NCBI RefSeq assembly: GCF_036321535.1
Contig: NC_087472.1
Coordinates: 2,108,001-2,172,000 of the forward strand
DNA: 64,000 nucleotides
Reading direction: 5' to 3'
Source: Camelus dromedarius
Lineage: Eukaryota
The translations under genes were made by a program, and so were the position numbers. Each line of letters opens with the position of its first letter. The stretch's first letter is position 1. Positions 37,739 through 50,319 of the stretch are shown here, one piece after another. The notes beneath the pieces were generated by a model. The model did no database searches and was not told where the DNA came from. It saw only the letters and a list, made by a program, of their open reading frames with translations.

Positions 37739-38737
37739 ATGCGTGACCTCCACCACACTGAAGCCGACTTTCACGACCCAAGAGAGGCTGAGGATTCCGA
37801 GGATGAGCAGGACATTTGGGTTGAGGAGGAGGAGGGCGCATCCCCGTTGTCTCCCTCCTCCTCCTCCTCCTCCTCCTCCTTCTCCTCCTCGTCTTCCTAC
37901 TCAGTCCTGTTCCTGGGCAGTGGCGAGGAGGTGGCTGATTCTGGGACACCCAGTCCCGCGCAGAGCCCTCAGGGTGTCTGCCCCTCTCCCACAGCCGTGG
38001 CAGCCCCTCCCTGGAGCCAGTCGGAAGACAATGGCCTCAGAAGCCAAGGTGAGGAGGGGCCCAGCACCGGGCAGGACCCGGCAGATGCCGAGTCCCGGCT
38101 CCACGATGCATTACATTTGATGATGGTTGACCTGATGGGCTTCCTGCTCCACAAGTACCGCACAAAGCAGCCGACCTCAAAAGAGGAAATGCTGAATGCG
38201 GTCCTCAGAGATGACCGGGACCACTTCCCTGCGGTCTTGAGCCAAGCCTCTGAGTGTCTGCAGCTGGTCTTTGGGGTGGATGTGAAGGAGGTGGACCCCA
38301 GGGAGCACTTGTATGTCCTGGTCCCCACCCTGGGCCTCACCTACGATGGCATGCAGGACGATGGGCAGAGCATTCCCAAGACTGGCCTCCTGCTGATACT
38401 TCTGGGTGTGATTGTCCTGGAGGGCGACTTTGCTCCTGAGGAGGCAGTCTGGGGAGCACTTAGCAAGATGGGGCTGTGTGCTGGGAGGGAGCACTTCATC
38501 TATGGGGAGCCCAGGGAGCTCATCACCAACGTGTGGGTGCGGGAGGGGTACGTGGAGTACCGGCAGGTGGCCAACAGCGATCCCGCTCGCCACGAGTTCC
38601 TGTGGGGTCCCCGGGCCTACACGGAGACCAGCAAGCTGCAAGTCCTGGAACATTTCCTCAGGATCAATAGAAGGGGTCCCAGTTCTTTCCCGTCCCTGTC
38701 TGAAGAGCGAGTGAGTGATGAGGAAGAGGGGGCCTGA
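37739..38737 (+). CDS. MAGE-A family protein (MAGEA10-like, poly-Ser), copy 1, 332 aa from ATG (337 aa from GTG 37724)
   Basis: MAGE homology domain (LMGFLLHKY...LVFGVDVKEVDP...PKTGLLLILLGVI...EHFIYGEPRELIT...EFLWGPRAYTETSK) ending DEEEGA. Poly-Ser tract as in MAGEA10. Confidence 0.93.
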   Translation: MRDLHHTEADFHDPREAEDSEDEQDIWVEEEEGASPLSPSSSSSSSSFSSSSSYSVLFLGSGEEVADSGTPSPAQSPQGVCPSPTAVAAPPWSQSEDNGLRSQGEEGPSTGQDPADAESRLHDALHLMMVDLMGFLLHKYRTKQPTSKEEMLNAVLRDDRDHFPAVLSQASECLQLVFGVDVKEVDPREHLYVLVPTLGLTYDGMQDDGQSIPKTGLLLILLGVIVLEGDFAPEEAVWGALSKMGLCAGREHFIYGEPRELITNVWVREGYVEYRQVANSDPARHEFLWGPRAYTETSKLQVLEHFLRINRRGPSSFPSLSEERVSDEEEGA

Positions 38738-38975
38738 GCCAGACTTGCAGCTGGGCTCCTTCTAGGCCCCTGTCCGGCAGCTTCTCCTGCCGGGCAGGAA
38801 GTGAGGCTGACTCTTCACTGTGTGTCTGAGGAGCAAGGAGTCAGCATCCTAAGTAGTGAGGGCCCGGGCCAGTGGGGGGGACACGGTGTACAGCATCTCT
38901 GGGCTCCTGTTCTCTACAATGATATGGAAGTTCATCTTCATTTCCTTTAGTGATGTTTCAGATGTTATTCGTTTT

Positions 38976-38981
38976 AATAAA
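38976..38981 (+). terminator. AATAAA immediately before the L1 insertion (equivalents 46240, 53695, 60592)
   Basis: The hexamer is followed by T-rich sequence from the antisense L1 tail. Confidence 0.5.
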
Positions 38982-38989
38982 TATCAATA

Positions 38990-40904
38990 TACTTTATTTT
39001 ATTATACAGTCTTTTTAAAGATTACATTTTATTTACAGTTATGAGAAAATATTGGTTATATACGCCTTGTTCTGCAATACATTCTTGAACCTTCCTTACA
39101 CCCAATAGTTTGTACTTCCCACTCCCTCACCCCTGTATTGCCCCTTGCCCCTCACCCCTCCCCACTGGTAATCACTAGTTTGTTCTCTATGAGCCTGCTT
39201 CTTCTTTGTTATACTCACTAGTTTGTTGTATTTTTTAGAGTCCACATATAAATTGATATCATACAGTATTTGTCTTTCTCTGTCTGATTTATTTCACTTA
39301 GCATAATGTCCTCCAAGTCCATCCATCTTGCTGNNNNNNNNNNNNNNNNNNNNNNNNNNNNNNNNNNNNNNNNNNNNNNNNNNNNNNNNNNNNNNNNNNN
39401 NNNNNNNNNNNNNNNNNNNNNNNNNNNNNNNNNNNNNNNNNNNNNNNNNNNNNNNNNNNNNNNNNNNTAGATAACGCTGCTATGAATATTGGGTGCGTGT
39501 ATCTTTTCAAATTAGTATCTGGTTTTTTTTTTGTTTTTTTTTTTTTTTGAGATGTATACCCAGGAATGGAATTGCTGGGTCACTTGGTAGTTCTAGTTTT
39601 AGTTTTTTGAGAAACGGCATACTGTTTTCCAGAGTGGTCACACCAATTTACATCCCCACCAACAGTGTAGGAGGGATCCCTTCTCTCCACATCTTCACCA
39701 ACATTTGCTATTTGCNNNNNNNNNNNNNNNNNNNNNNNNNNNNNNNNNNNNNNNNNNNNNNNNNNNNNNNNNNNNNNNNNNNNNNNNNNNNNNNNNNNNN
39801 NNNNNNNNNNNNNNNNNNNNNNNNNNNNNNNNNNNNNNNNNNNCTTTGGACAAATGTCTATTGTGTTGTTCTGCCCGTTTTTAGTTGGGTCATTTGTTTT
39901 TTTGATGTTGAATTGTATGAGCTGTTTATATATGGTGGTTATTGCTCCCTTGTCAGTTGTAACGTTTGCAAATATTTTCTCCCCTTCAGTAGGTTGTTGT
40001 TTTAATTTAGTCAGTGGGTTCCCTTGCTGTGCAGAAGCTTTTAAGTATAATTAGGTCCCCGCTGTTTATTTTTCCTTTTATTTCCTTTGTTTTTGGACAT
40101 GGATCCAAAAAGTTATTGCTGTAATTTATGTCAGAGAGTGTTCTGCCTATGTTTTCCTCTAGGAGTATTATAGTATCCAGTCTTAAATGTAGATCTTTAA
40201 TCTATTTTGAGTTTATTTTTGTATATGGTGTTAGAGAATGTTCTAAGTTCATTGTTTGACAGGTAGCTGTCCAGTTTTCCCAGAGCCACTTATTGAAGAG
40301 ACTGTCTTTTCTCCATTCAATATCCTTGCTTCCTTTGTCGTACATTAATTGACGGTAAGTGTGTGGGTTTACTTCTCGCCTCTCTATCCTGTTCCATTGA
40401 TCTGTGTGTCTGTTTGGGGGCCAGAACCGCACTGTTTTGATTACTACAGCTTTGTAGTATAGTCCAATGTCAGGGAGCATGATTTCTCCAGCTCTGTTCT
40501 TCATTCCCAAGATTGTTTTAGCTATTGGGGTTCTTTTCTTTTTCCAGACACTTTTTTAAATTATTTGTTCTGGTTCTGAGAAAAATGCCATTGTTATTTT
40601 GACAGGGATTGCTTTGAATCTGTAGATTGCCTTGGGTAGTATGGTCACTGGGTTGTTTGGTCAACAACACTGATTCTTCCAATCCAAGAACACGGTATAT
40701 CTTTCCATCTGTTGGTGTCATCTTCAGCTTCTTGCATCAGTGTCTTGTAGTTATTGGAGTACAGGTCTTTGGTCTCCTTAGCTAGGTTTATTACTAGATT
40801 ATTTATTCTCTTTGATGTGATGGTAAATGGGATTGTTTCCTTAATTTCTCTTTCTGATACTCCTTTGTTAGTGTATAAGATGCAACAGATTTCTGTATAT
40901 TAAT
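38990..40904 (-). mobile_element. 5'-truncated L1 (~1.9 kb, antisense) in MAGE 3' UTR, copy 1
   Basis: Reverse-strand L1 ORF2 C-terminal peptides ([16 protein letters not shown]...QWNRIE...[12 protein letters not shown]) plus L1 3' UTR. Confidence 0.92.
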
Positions 40905-43050
40905 AATAATATTAAATAAGCTTCAGTATCTTAGTTTGTGAATGATATTGATTATACACGTACTGGTACTTAGGCAGCCCAAGACTGAGTTTTGCTATTT
41001 TGTAAAACAAATTGGGAAAGTTTCCATCATACTGTGTCATGCCAAAGTAGGTAACACCGCATCGGAATAGAAATTTACTTGGAAATGTGAGAGTGATCAG
41101 CACTAAAATCGGTGGGGTCAAGAAAGAGAGAAGTAAAAGTAAACGATAGGTAATTATTGGCTCCTTATCCCTTTTCTTCTGTCAGTCTATAAAATTATAA
41201 TTATGTGTGTATAACCTGGATTTGTCTGGCTTAGTTAAGAAAGTAGGAGAAAATCAACCTGGATCAGTAGGATCCCTGCTCACCATCTCAGTTCATCCGC
41301 AGACGTTCACCGAGCCTCTCCTCTCTGGAGGGCTCGGTGTTAGCAGTGGGGACACTCGGAAAAGCAGGACAGCCCACACCTAGGATAGTCTAGGAGCCGC
41401 AGTCACATCGGGAAGTTGGTGAAAGGTCTCCTAAGTCCCATAGGGCAAATAAAAATAGGGCGAGGGGGTGGGGGTCCGGGAGAGAGCACCCAAGTGTAAG
41501 TGCCCAGCGCCAGGGCAGTTCGGGGCTTTGGGAAGCTGGGGGGGAGGTCCTTCTGTGCGAGGTGATGGTAATGAAGCTGGGTGGTGGCGGCAGGCAGACG
41601 TGCAGACGGCGCTTGTTAGTGGTGAGAGGAACGTGTCAGGTGGGAGATTGCTCTGAGAAGTCCCTCTGGGATCGTGGATACATCTCCTGGGCGAGGGGGG
41701 AAGGTGTACTTTGTTCAGGGATGCTTAGAGACCTGGTTATCCTGCCTGAGCTGCTAGGACACTCAGAATGCTCCAACTGCAGGGAGGAGTGGCGTTTGAC
41801 GTGGCTCACAGTGTACTCCGTCCTGGCATATATAGTTGAAGAGGTTTGGTAACCGCCCCAAACTTGGGGTAGGATTTACTGGGGTGTGTTCTTGGAAACG
41901 GTCTGCTGGACACTTACACTGATGGGTCAGCTCCCCTCGATGGTCAGAATCCAAAGCCATAGATGAGGAATGGTCCTGGACATCGCAGGGAGGAAACACC
42001 CACCGAGGCTGAATTCCAAACAGGGAATCCACCTCCGGCCCTCACGACAGCCCTGGGAGACCCCCGGGCACGGGGTCCGGATGTGACGGGCGCTGATGCC
42101 CCCTCCCTGGGGGGTGAGAGAGGTGAGGGCCTGGGTGAGGGAGGCCGGCTTCAGGTCTGCACAGGGAAGGAGCCCAGCGCTGCCAGGAGTCAAGGTAGAA
42201 CCGTGTGGAGGGACTCGGGTTGCAGGGAATCCAGGTCGGTTCTGCTGTCAGCCCTGGGAGACCGCAGGCAGGGTTGCGGGGATCAGTGCCCCAACCCCCA
42301 CCCCCGCTTCCCTCTCGGGGGTCCTGGCTGTGGAGGGGCCTGGGTCCAAGGGGAGCAAACTGAGGTGGGCAGAGGGAGGGGCCCAGGCCCAGCCTGGAGC
42401 CCAGGTGAGGAGCAGAGGGAAGGCTGAGGGACCCCCGGGGAATCCATCTCAGCACCTGGCGTCCACAGTCCTGGGAAGCCCTGGGCTTGGTGGCCTGCTG
42501 TGAGTCCACAGACGCCCCTGGGGGTCTCTGGGCAGTGAGGGCCTTGGTGTGAAGGTGTGGGCTCGGCTCAACAAGGGGGCGTCCCAGGACCCGCCGGGGC
42601 TCAAGGTGAGGACCCTGACGGAGGACAGCATGGGCCCCACAGATTCCCGCCCCTGCTGTCAGCCCTGGGAGGGCCTGGGTGGGATGAGCACTCGTGGGGC
42701 CCTGACTTCCTCACACCCGGGTCTCCGAGGGACGGGGGTCCTGCGATGAGGGGCGGGGCCTCGGGTGGCCAGAGGCTAGACGACACGACGCCTAAGTGAC
42801 GACCCTGAGGGAAAACTGAGGGGACCCCGAACCCGGAAAAGAGGCCATCCCACAGAAAGGGGCCCTTGCTATCAGCTGTCCGGAGGCCCGAGGGCAGGAC
42901 AGGCCCCCGTGTTGTGTCGTGACTGCGGCACCCTGGTCTCACAGAGACCGGGGACTTCGTGTGAGATGAGGGGGGGACCCTCAGATCTGCAGAGGAGAGA
43001 ATCCCAGGTCCCACTGGGAGTGAAGGTGACGACCGCGAGCGAGCAGTGAG

Positions 43051-43780
43051 GGACCCTGGACCCCAAAACACAGTCGGTCCTGGGAGGCCATAGGTCGGAA
43101 TAAGCACCGGCGGCATTTCCCGCCATCCGGGTCTAGGAGGGACTGGGGTCCTAGGATGAGGGGCGGGGCTTCGGGGGTTCAAAGGGGAGGCTACATGCCG
43201 CCTGAGTCAAAGTGAGGACCCCGAGGGAGAACGGAGGGATCCTGGACCCCAAGACAGTGTTGGACCTTGGAGGCCTAGGGGCAGGGTGACCACCGGTGGC
43301 ATTTCCCGCCATCCGGGTCTCAGAGGGACTGGGGTCCTGGGATGAGGGGCGGGGCTTCGGGGGTTCCAAGGGGAGGCTACATGCCGCCTGAGTCAAAGTG
43401 AGGACCCCGAGGGAGAACAGAGGGATCCTGGACCCCAAGACAGTGTTGGATCTTGGAGGCCTTGGGGCAGGGTGACCACCTGCGGCGTTTCCTGCCATCC
43501 GGGTCTCGGAGGGACTGGGGTCCTGGGATGAGGGGCTGGGCCTCGGGGGCTCCAAGGGGAGGCTATCTGCTGCCTGAGTCAAAGTGAGGAACCCGAGGGA
43601 GAACGGAGGGATCCTGGACCCCAAGACACTGTTGGATCTTGGAGGCCTTGGGGCAGGGTGACCACCTGCGGCGTTTCCTGCCATCCGGGTCTCGGAGGGA
43701 CTGGGGTCATGGGATGAGGGGCGGGGCCTCGGGGGCTCCAAGGGGAGGCTACATGCCGCCTGAGTCAAAGTGAGGACCCT
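43051..43780 (+). repeat. 186-bp VNTR, unit 2 (4 copies)
   Basis: Anchors at ~43155, 43341, 43527, 43713. Confidence 0.9.
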
Positions 43781-45002
43781 CAAGCAGGAAGGAGGGGCCC
43801 CTGAACCCAGAAAAGTGGCCATCCCACAGAGAGTCGCCCTTGCTTTCAGCTGTCCGGCGGCCCGAGGGGACGACAGCCCACGTGGTTTGTCCTGACTTCC
43901 GCATCCGAGTCTCAGACAGACCTGGGACATAGTGAAAGGGCGGGGGCCTCAGGTCTGCGGAGGAGAGAATCTCAGGGCCGCCTGGGAGTGAAGGTGACGA
44001 CCGCGAGTTAGCATTCAGGGACCCTGGACCCCAAAACAGAGTCAGTCCTGGGAGGCCATGGGGCGGGAGGACCTCGGGCAGCAGTTCCTGAAATGCGGGT
44101 CTCAGAGGGACTGGGGTCTTGGTATGACGGGCGGGGCCTCAGGTGGGCTGAGAGGGGAATCCCAGGTCCTGCCAGGAGTCAAGGTGACCCCGAGGGAGGA
44201 GTGAGGGACCCGAGATCCCAGAACAGAGGGGACGCAACCGATCCTGCCCCTGCTGTCAGCCCTGGGAGGCCTCAATGCGGGATGAGCACACGTGGTGTGT
44301 CCTGACTTCGGCATCCAGGGCTCAGAGAGACCGGGGACCTACTATCAGGATGGGGCCCTCAGGTGGTTGCAGAGCAGAATCCCAGGTCCCGCTTGGAGTC
44401 CCGGTGAGGACCCTGAGTTAGCGCGGACAGGACCTCCCACCCTAGAAGAGTGGGAACCTGCCAGAGCCCAGGCCTCCTGCCAGCACGCGGGTCCAGGGCT
44501 GTGCCACAGTGTAGATCCGAGGTCTCCCCTCCTTTCTCTCCCAGGGGCTCCAGACACCGGGAAGGCCTAGGTCTGAGACACGTGTTCTCGGGTCACAGAG
44601 CACAGGAGGCTGGCAGTGCCAGGACTGAAGGTGAGGTGTGGGCCCTGAGTGTGTACCCGGGGGCTCCCGGAACAGAGGGGACCCCGCGAGGCCAACGTCC
44701 ACTCCACACACCCCGTGTTGCCCCCAGAACCTCGGGCTGTGCCGGCTGCACCCTGAGGAGCCGCCTCACTTCCCCCATCAGGTTCACAGACGACCGTCCA
44801 CCAGGAGGAGAGCCCCTGTGAGGCCGAGGGCACCCCTGAAGAGGAGACCTGTAAGTAGCCTTTGTCAGAGCCCCCCACGGTGGGTTTCTCAGCCCGGGCC
44901 ACTGACACTCCCTTTCTTCCCCAGGCCCGTGGGTCCCCATCTGTCACCCCTGCCCTCGCTGCTCTCAGCTGCCCGACACCACTCACCGTGCCTCCCGTTC
45001 AG

Positions 45003-46001
45003 ATGCGTGACCTCCACCACACTGAAGCCGACTTTCACGACCCAAGAGAGGCTGAGGATTCCGAGGATGAGCAGGACATTTGGGTTGAGGAGGAGGAGGG
45101 CGCATCCCCGTTGTCTCCCTCCTCCTCCTCCTCCTCCTCCTCCTTCTCCTCCTCGTCTTCCTACTCAGTCCTGTTCCTGGGCAGTGGCGAGGAGGTGGCT
45201 GATTCTGGGACACCCAGTCCCGCGCAGAGCCCTCAGGGTGTCTGCCCCTCTCCCACAGCCGTGGCAGCCCCTCCCTGGAGCCAGTCGGAAGACAATGGCC
45301 TCAGAAGCCAAGGTGAGGAGGGGCCCAGCACCGGGCAGGACCCGGCAGATGCCGAGTCCCGGCTCCACGATGCATTACATTTGATGATGGTTGACCTGAT
45401 GGGCTTCCTGCTCCACAAGTACCGCACAAAGCAGCCGACCTCAAAAGAGGAAATGCTGAATGCGGTCCTCAGAGATGACCGGGACCACTTCCCTGCGGTC
45501 TTGAGCCAAGCCTCTGAGTGTCTGCAGCTGGTCTTTGGGGTGGATGTGAAGGAGGTGGACCCCAGGGAGCACTTGTATGTCCTGGTCCCCACCCTGGGCC
45601 TCACCTACGATGGCATGCAGGACGATGGGCAGAGCATTCCCAAGACTGGCCTCCTGCTGATACTTCTGGGTGTGATTGTCCTGGAGGGCGACTTTGCTCC
45701 TGAGGAGGCAGTCTGGGGAGCACTTAGCAAGATGGGGCTGTGTGCTGGGAGGGAGCACTTCATCTATGGGGAGCCCAGGGAGCTCATCACCAACGTGTGG
45801 GTGCGGGAGGGGTACGTGGAGTACCGGCAGGTGGCCAACAGCGATCCCGCTCGCCACGAGTTCCTGTGGGGTCCCCGGGCCTACACGGAGACCAGCAAGC
45901 TGCAAGTCCTGGAACATTTCCTCAGGATCAATAGAAGGGGTCCCAGTTCTTTCCCGTCCCTGTCTGAAGAGCGAGTGAGTGATGAGGAAGAGGGGGCCTG
46001 A
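45003..46001 (+). CDS. MAGE-A family protein, copy 2
   Basis: Protein identical to copy 1. Confidence 0.93.
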   Translation: MRDLHHTEADFHDPREAEDSEDEQDIWVEEEEGASPLSPSSSSSSSSFSSSSSYSVLFLGSGEEVADSGTPSPAQSPQGVCPSPTAVAAPPWSQSEDNGLRSQGEEGPSTGQDPADAESRLHDALHLMMVDLMGFLLHKYRTKQPTSKEEMLNAVLRDDRDHFPAVLSQASECLQLVFGVDVKEVDPREHLYVLVPTLGLTYDGMQDDGQSIPKTGLLLILLGVIVLEGDFAPEEAVWGALSKMGLCAGREHFIYGEPRELITNVWVREGYVEYRQVANSDPARHEFLWGPRAYTETSKLQVLEHFLRINRRGPSSFPSLSEERVSDEEEGA

Positions 46002-46253
46002 GCCAGACTTGCAGCTGGGCTCCTTCTAGGCCCCTGTCCGGCAGCTTCTCCTGCTGGGCAGGAAGTGAGGCTGACTCTTCACTGTGTGTCTGAGGAGCAA
46101 GGAGTCAGCATCCTAAGTAGTGAGGGCCCGGGCCAGTGGGGGGGACACGGTGTACAGCATCTCTGGGCTCCTGTTCTCTACAATGATATGGAAGTTCATC
46201 TTCATTTCCTTTAGTGATGTTTCAGATGTTATTCGTTTTAATAAATATCAATA

Positions 46254-48173
46254 TACTTTATTTTATTATACAGTCTTTTTAAAGATTACATTTTATTTAC
46301 AGTTATGAGAAAATATTGGTTATATACGCCTTGTTCTGCAATACATTCTTGAACCTTCCTTACACCCAATAGTTTGTACTTCCCACTCCCTCACCCCTGT
46401 ATTGCCCCTTGCCCCTCACCCCTCCCCACTGGTAATCACTAGTTTGTTCTCTATGAGCCTGCTTCTTCTTTGTTATACTCACTAGTTTGTTGTATTTTTT
46501 AGAGTCCACATATAAATTGATATCATACAGTATTTGTCTTTCTCTGTCTGATTTATTTCACTTAGCATAATGTCCTCCAAGTCCATCCATCTTGCTGNNN
46601 NNNNNNNNNNNNNNNNNNNNNNNNNNNNNNNNNNNNNNNNNNNNNNNNNNNNNNNNNNNNNNNNNNNNNNNNNNNNNNNNNNNNNNNNNNNNNNNNNNNN
46701 NNNNNNNNNNNNNNNNNNNNNNNNNNNNNNNNNNNTAGATAACGCTGCTATGAATATTGGGTGCGTGTATCTTTTCAAATTAGTATCTGGTTTTTTTTTT
46801 TGTTTTTTTTTTTTTTTGAGATGTATACCCAGGAATGGAATTGCTGGGTCACTTGGTAGTTCTAGTTTTAGTTTTTTGAGAAACGGCATACTGTTTTCCA
46901 GAGTGGTCACACCAATTTACATCCCCACCAACAGTGTAGGAGGGATCCCTTCTCTCCACATCTTCACCAACATTTGCTATTTGCNNNNNNNNNNNNNNNN
47001 NNNNNNNNNNNNNNNNNNNNNNNNNNNNNNNNNNNNNNNNNNNNNNNNNNNNNNNNNNNNNNNNNNNNNNNNNNNNNNNNNNNNNNNNNNNNNNNNNNNN
47101 NNNNNNNNNNNNCTTTGGACAAATGTCTATTGTGTTGTTCTGCCCGTTTTTAGTTGGGTCATTTGTTTTTTTGATGTTGAATTGTATGAGCTGTTTATAT
47201 ATGGTGGTTATTGCTCCCTTGTCAGTTGTAACGTTTGCAAATATTTTCTCCCCTTCAGTAGGTTGTTGTTTTAATTTAGTCAGTGGGTTCCCTTGCTGTG
47301 CAGAAGCTTTTAAGTATAATTAGGTCCCCGCTGTTTATTTTTCCTTTTATTTCCTTTGTTTTTGGACATGGATCCAAAAAGTTATTGCTGTAATTTATGT
47401 CAGAGAGTGTTCTGCCTATGTTTTCCTCTAGGAGTATTATAGTATCCAGTCTTAAATGTAGATCTTTAATCTATTTTGAGTTTATTTTTGTATATGGTGT
47501 TAGAGAATGTTCTAAGTTCATTGTTTGACAGGTAGCTGTCCAGTTTTCCCAGAGCCACTTATTGAAGAGACTGTCTTTTCTCCATTCAATATCCTTGCTT
47601 CCTTTGTCGTACATTAATTGACGGTAAGTGTGTGGGTTTACTTCTCGCCTCTCTATCCTGTTCCATTGATCTGTGTGTCTGTTTGGGGGCCAGAACCGCA
47701 CTGTTTTGATTACTACAGCTTTGTAGTATAGTCCAATGTCAGGGAGCATGATTTCTCCAGCTCTGTTCTTCATTCCCAAGATTGTTTTAGCTATTGGGGT
47801 TCTTTTCTTTTTCCAGACACTTTTTTAAATTATTTGTTCTGGTTCTGAGAAAAATGCCATTGTTATTTTGACAGGGATTGCTTTGAATCTGTAGATTGCC
47901 TTGGGTAGTATGGTCACTGGGTTGTTTGGTCAACAACACTGATTCTTCCAATCCAAGAACACGGTATATCTTTCCATCTGTTGGTGTCATCTTCAGCTTC
48001 TTGCATCAGTGTCTTGTAGTTATTGGAGTACAGGTCTTTGGTCTCCTTAGCTAGGTTTATTACTAGATTATTTATTCTCTTTGATGTGATGGTAAATGGG
48101 ATTGTTTCCTTAATTTCTCTTTCTGATACTCCTTTGTTAGTGTATAAGATGCAACAGATTTCTGTATATTAAT
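46254..48173 (-). mobile_element. 5'-truncated antisense L1, copy 2
   Basis: Duplicate of 38990-40904. Confidence 0.92.
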
Positions 48174-50319
48174 AATAATATTAAATAAGCTTCAGTATCT
48201 TAGTTTGTGAATGATATTGATTATACACGTACTGGTACTTAGGCAGCCCAAGACTGAGTTTTGCTATTTTGTAAAACAAATTGGGAAAGTTTCCATCATA
48301 CTGTGTCATGCCAAAGTAGGTAACACCGCATCGGAATAGAAATTTACTTGGAAATGTGAGAGTGATCAGCACTAAAATCGGTGGGGTCAAGAAAGAGAGA
48401 AGTAAAAGTAAACGATAGGTAATTATTGGCTCCTTATCCCTTTTCTTCTGTCAGTCTATAAAATTATAATTATGTGTGTATAACCTGGATTTGTCTGGCT
48501 TAGTTAAGAAAGTAGGAGAAAATCAACCTGGATCAGTAGGATCCCTGCTCACCATCTCAGTTCATCCGCAGACGTTCACCGAGCCTCTCCTCTCTGGAGG
48601 GCTCGGTGTTAGCAGTGGGGACACTCGGAAAAGCAGGACAGCCCACACCTAGGATAGTCTAGGAGCCGCAGTCACATCGGGAAGTTGGTGAAAGGTCTCC
48701 TAAGTCCCATAGGGCAAATAAAAATAGGGCGAGGGGGTGGGGGTCCGGGAGAGAGCACCCAAGTGTAAGTGCCCAGCGCCAGGGCAGTTCGGGGCTTTGG
48801 GAAGCTGGGGGGGAGGTCCTTCTGTGGGAGGTGATGGTAATGAAGCTGGGTGGTGGCGGCAGGCAGACGTGCAGACGGCGCTTGTTAGTGGTGAGAGGAA
48901 CGTGTCAGGTGGGAGATTGCTCTGAGAAGTCCCTCTGGGATCGTGGATACATCTCCTGGGCGAGGGGGGAAGGTGTACTTTGTTCAGGGATGCTTAGAGA
49001 CCTGGTTATCCTGCCTGAGCTGCTAGGACACTCAGAATGCTCCAACTGCAGGGAGGAGTGGCGTTTGACGTGGCTCACAGTGTACTCCGTCCTGGCATAT
49101 ATAGTTGAAGAGGTTTGGTAACCGCCCCAAACTTGGGGTAGGATTTACTGGGGTGTGTTCTTGGAAACGGTCTGCTGGACACTTACACTGATGGGTCAGC
49201 TCCCCTCGATGGTCAGAATCCAAAGCCATAGATGAGGAATGGTCCTGGACATCGCAGGGAGGAAACACCCACCGAGGCTGAATTCCAAACAGGGAATCCA
49301 CCTCCGGCCCTCCCGACAGCCCTGGGAGACCCCCGGGCACGGGGTCCGGATGTGACGGGCGCTGATGCCCCCTCCCTGGGGGGTGAGAGAGGTGAGGGCC
49401 TGGGTGAGGGAGGCCGGCTTCAGGTCTGCACAGGGAAGGAGCCCAGCGCTGCCAGGAGTCAAGGTAGAACCGTGTGGAGGGACTCGGGTTGCAGGGAATC
49501 CAGGTCGGTTCTGCTGTCAGCCTGGGAGACCGCAGGCAGGGTTGCGGGACGCAGCGCTCGACTGTCCCACCCCCGCTTCCCTCTCGGGGGTCCTGGCTGT
49601 GGAGGGGCCTGGGTCCAAGGGGAGCAAACTGAGGTGGGCAGAGGGAGGGGCCCAGGCCCAGCCTGGAGCCCAGGTGAGGAGCAGAGGGAAGGCTGAGGGA
49701 CCCCCGGGGAATCCATCTCAGCGCCTGGCGTCCACAGTCCTGGGAAGCCCTGGGCTTGGTGGCCTGCTGTGAGTCCACAGACGCCCCTGGGGGTCTCTGG
49801 GCAGTGAGGGCCTTGGTGTGAAGGTGTGGGCTCGGCTCAACAAGGGGGCGTCCCAGGACCCGCCGGGGCTCAAGGTGAGGACCCTGACGGAGGACAGCAT
49901 GGGCCCCACAGATCCCCGCCCCTGCTGTCAGCCCTGGGAGGGCCTGGGTGGGATGAGCACTCGTGGGGCCCTGACTTCCTCACACCCGGGTCTCCGAGGG
50001 ACGGGGGTCCTGCGATGAGGGGCGGGGCCTCGGGTGGCCAGAGGCTAGACGACACGACGCCTAAGTGACGACCCTGAGGGAAAACTGAGGGGACCCCGAA
50101 CCCGGAAAAGAGGCCATCCCACAGAAAGGGGCCCTTGCTATCAGCTGTCCGGAGGCCCGAGGGCAGGACAGGCCCCCGTGTTGTGTCGTGACTGCGGCAC
50201 CCTGGTCTCACAGAGACCGGGGACTTCGTGTGAGATGAGGGGGGGACCCTCAGATCTGCAGAGGAGAGAATCCCAGGTCCCACTGGGAGTGAAGGTGACG
50301 ACCGCGAGCGAGCAGTGAG

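Noticed and set aside
40202-40721. L1 ORF2-like ORFs in each unit as active genes
   Set aside because: 5'-truncated, frameshifted fossil fragments.
41400-42500. A CSAG-like antisense gene paired with MAGE-A, as in human
   Set aside because: Minus-strand ORFs here show no recognisable similarity to CSAG peptides; a BLAST search would be needed to exclude it fully.
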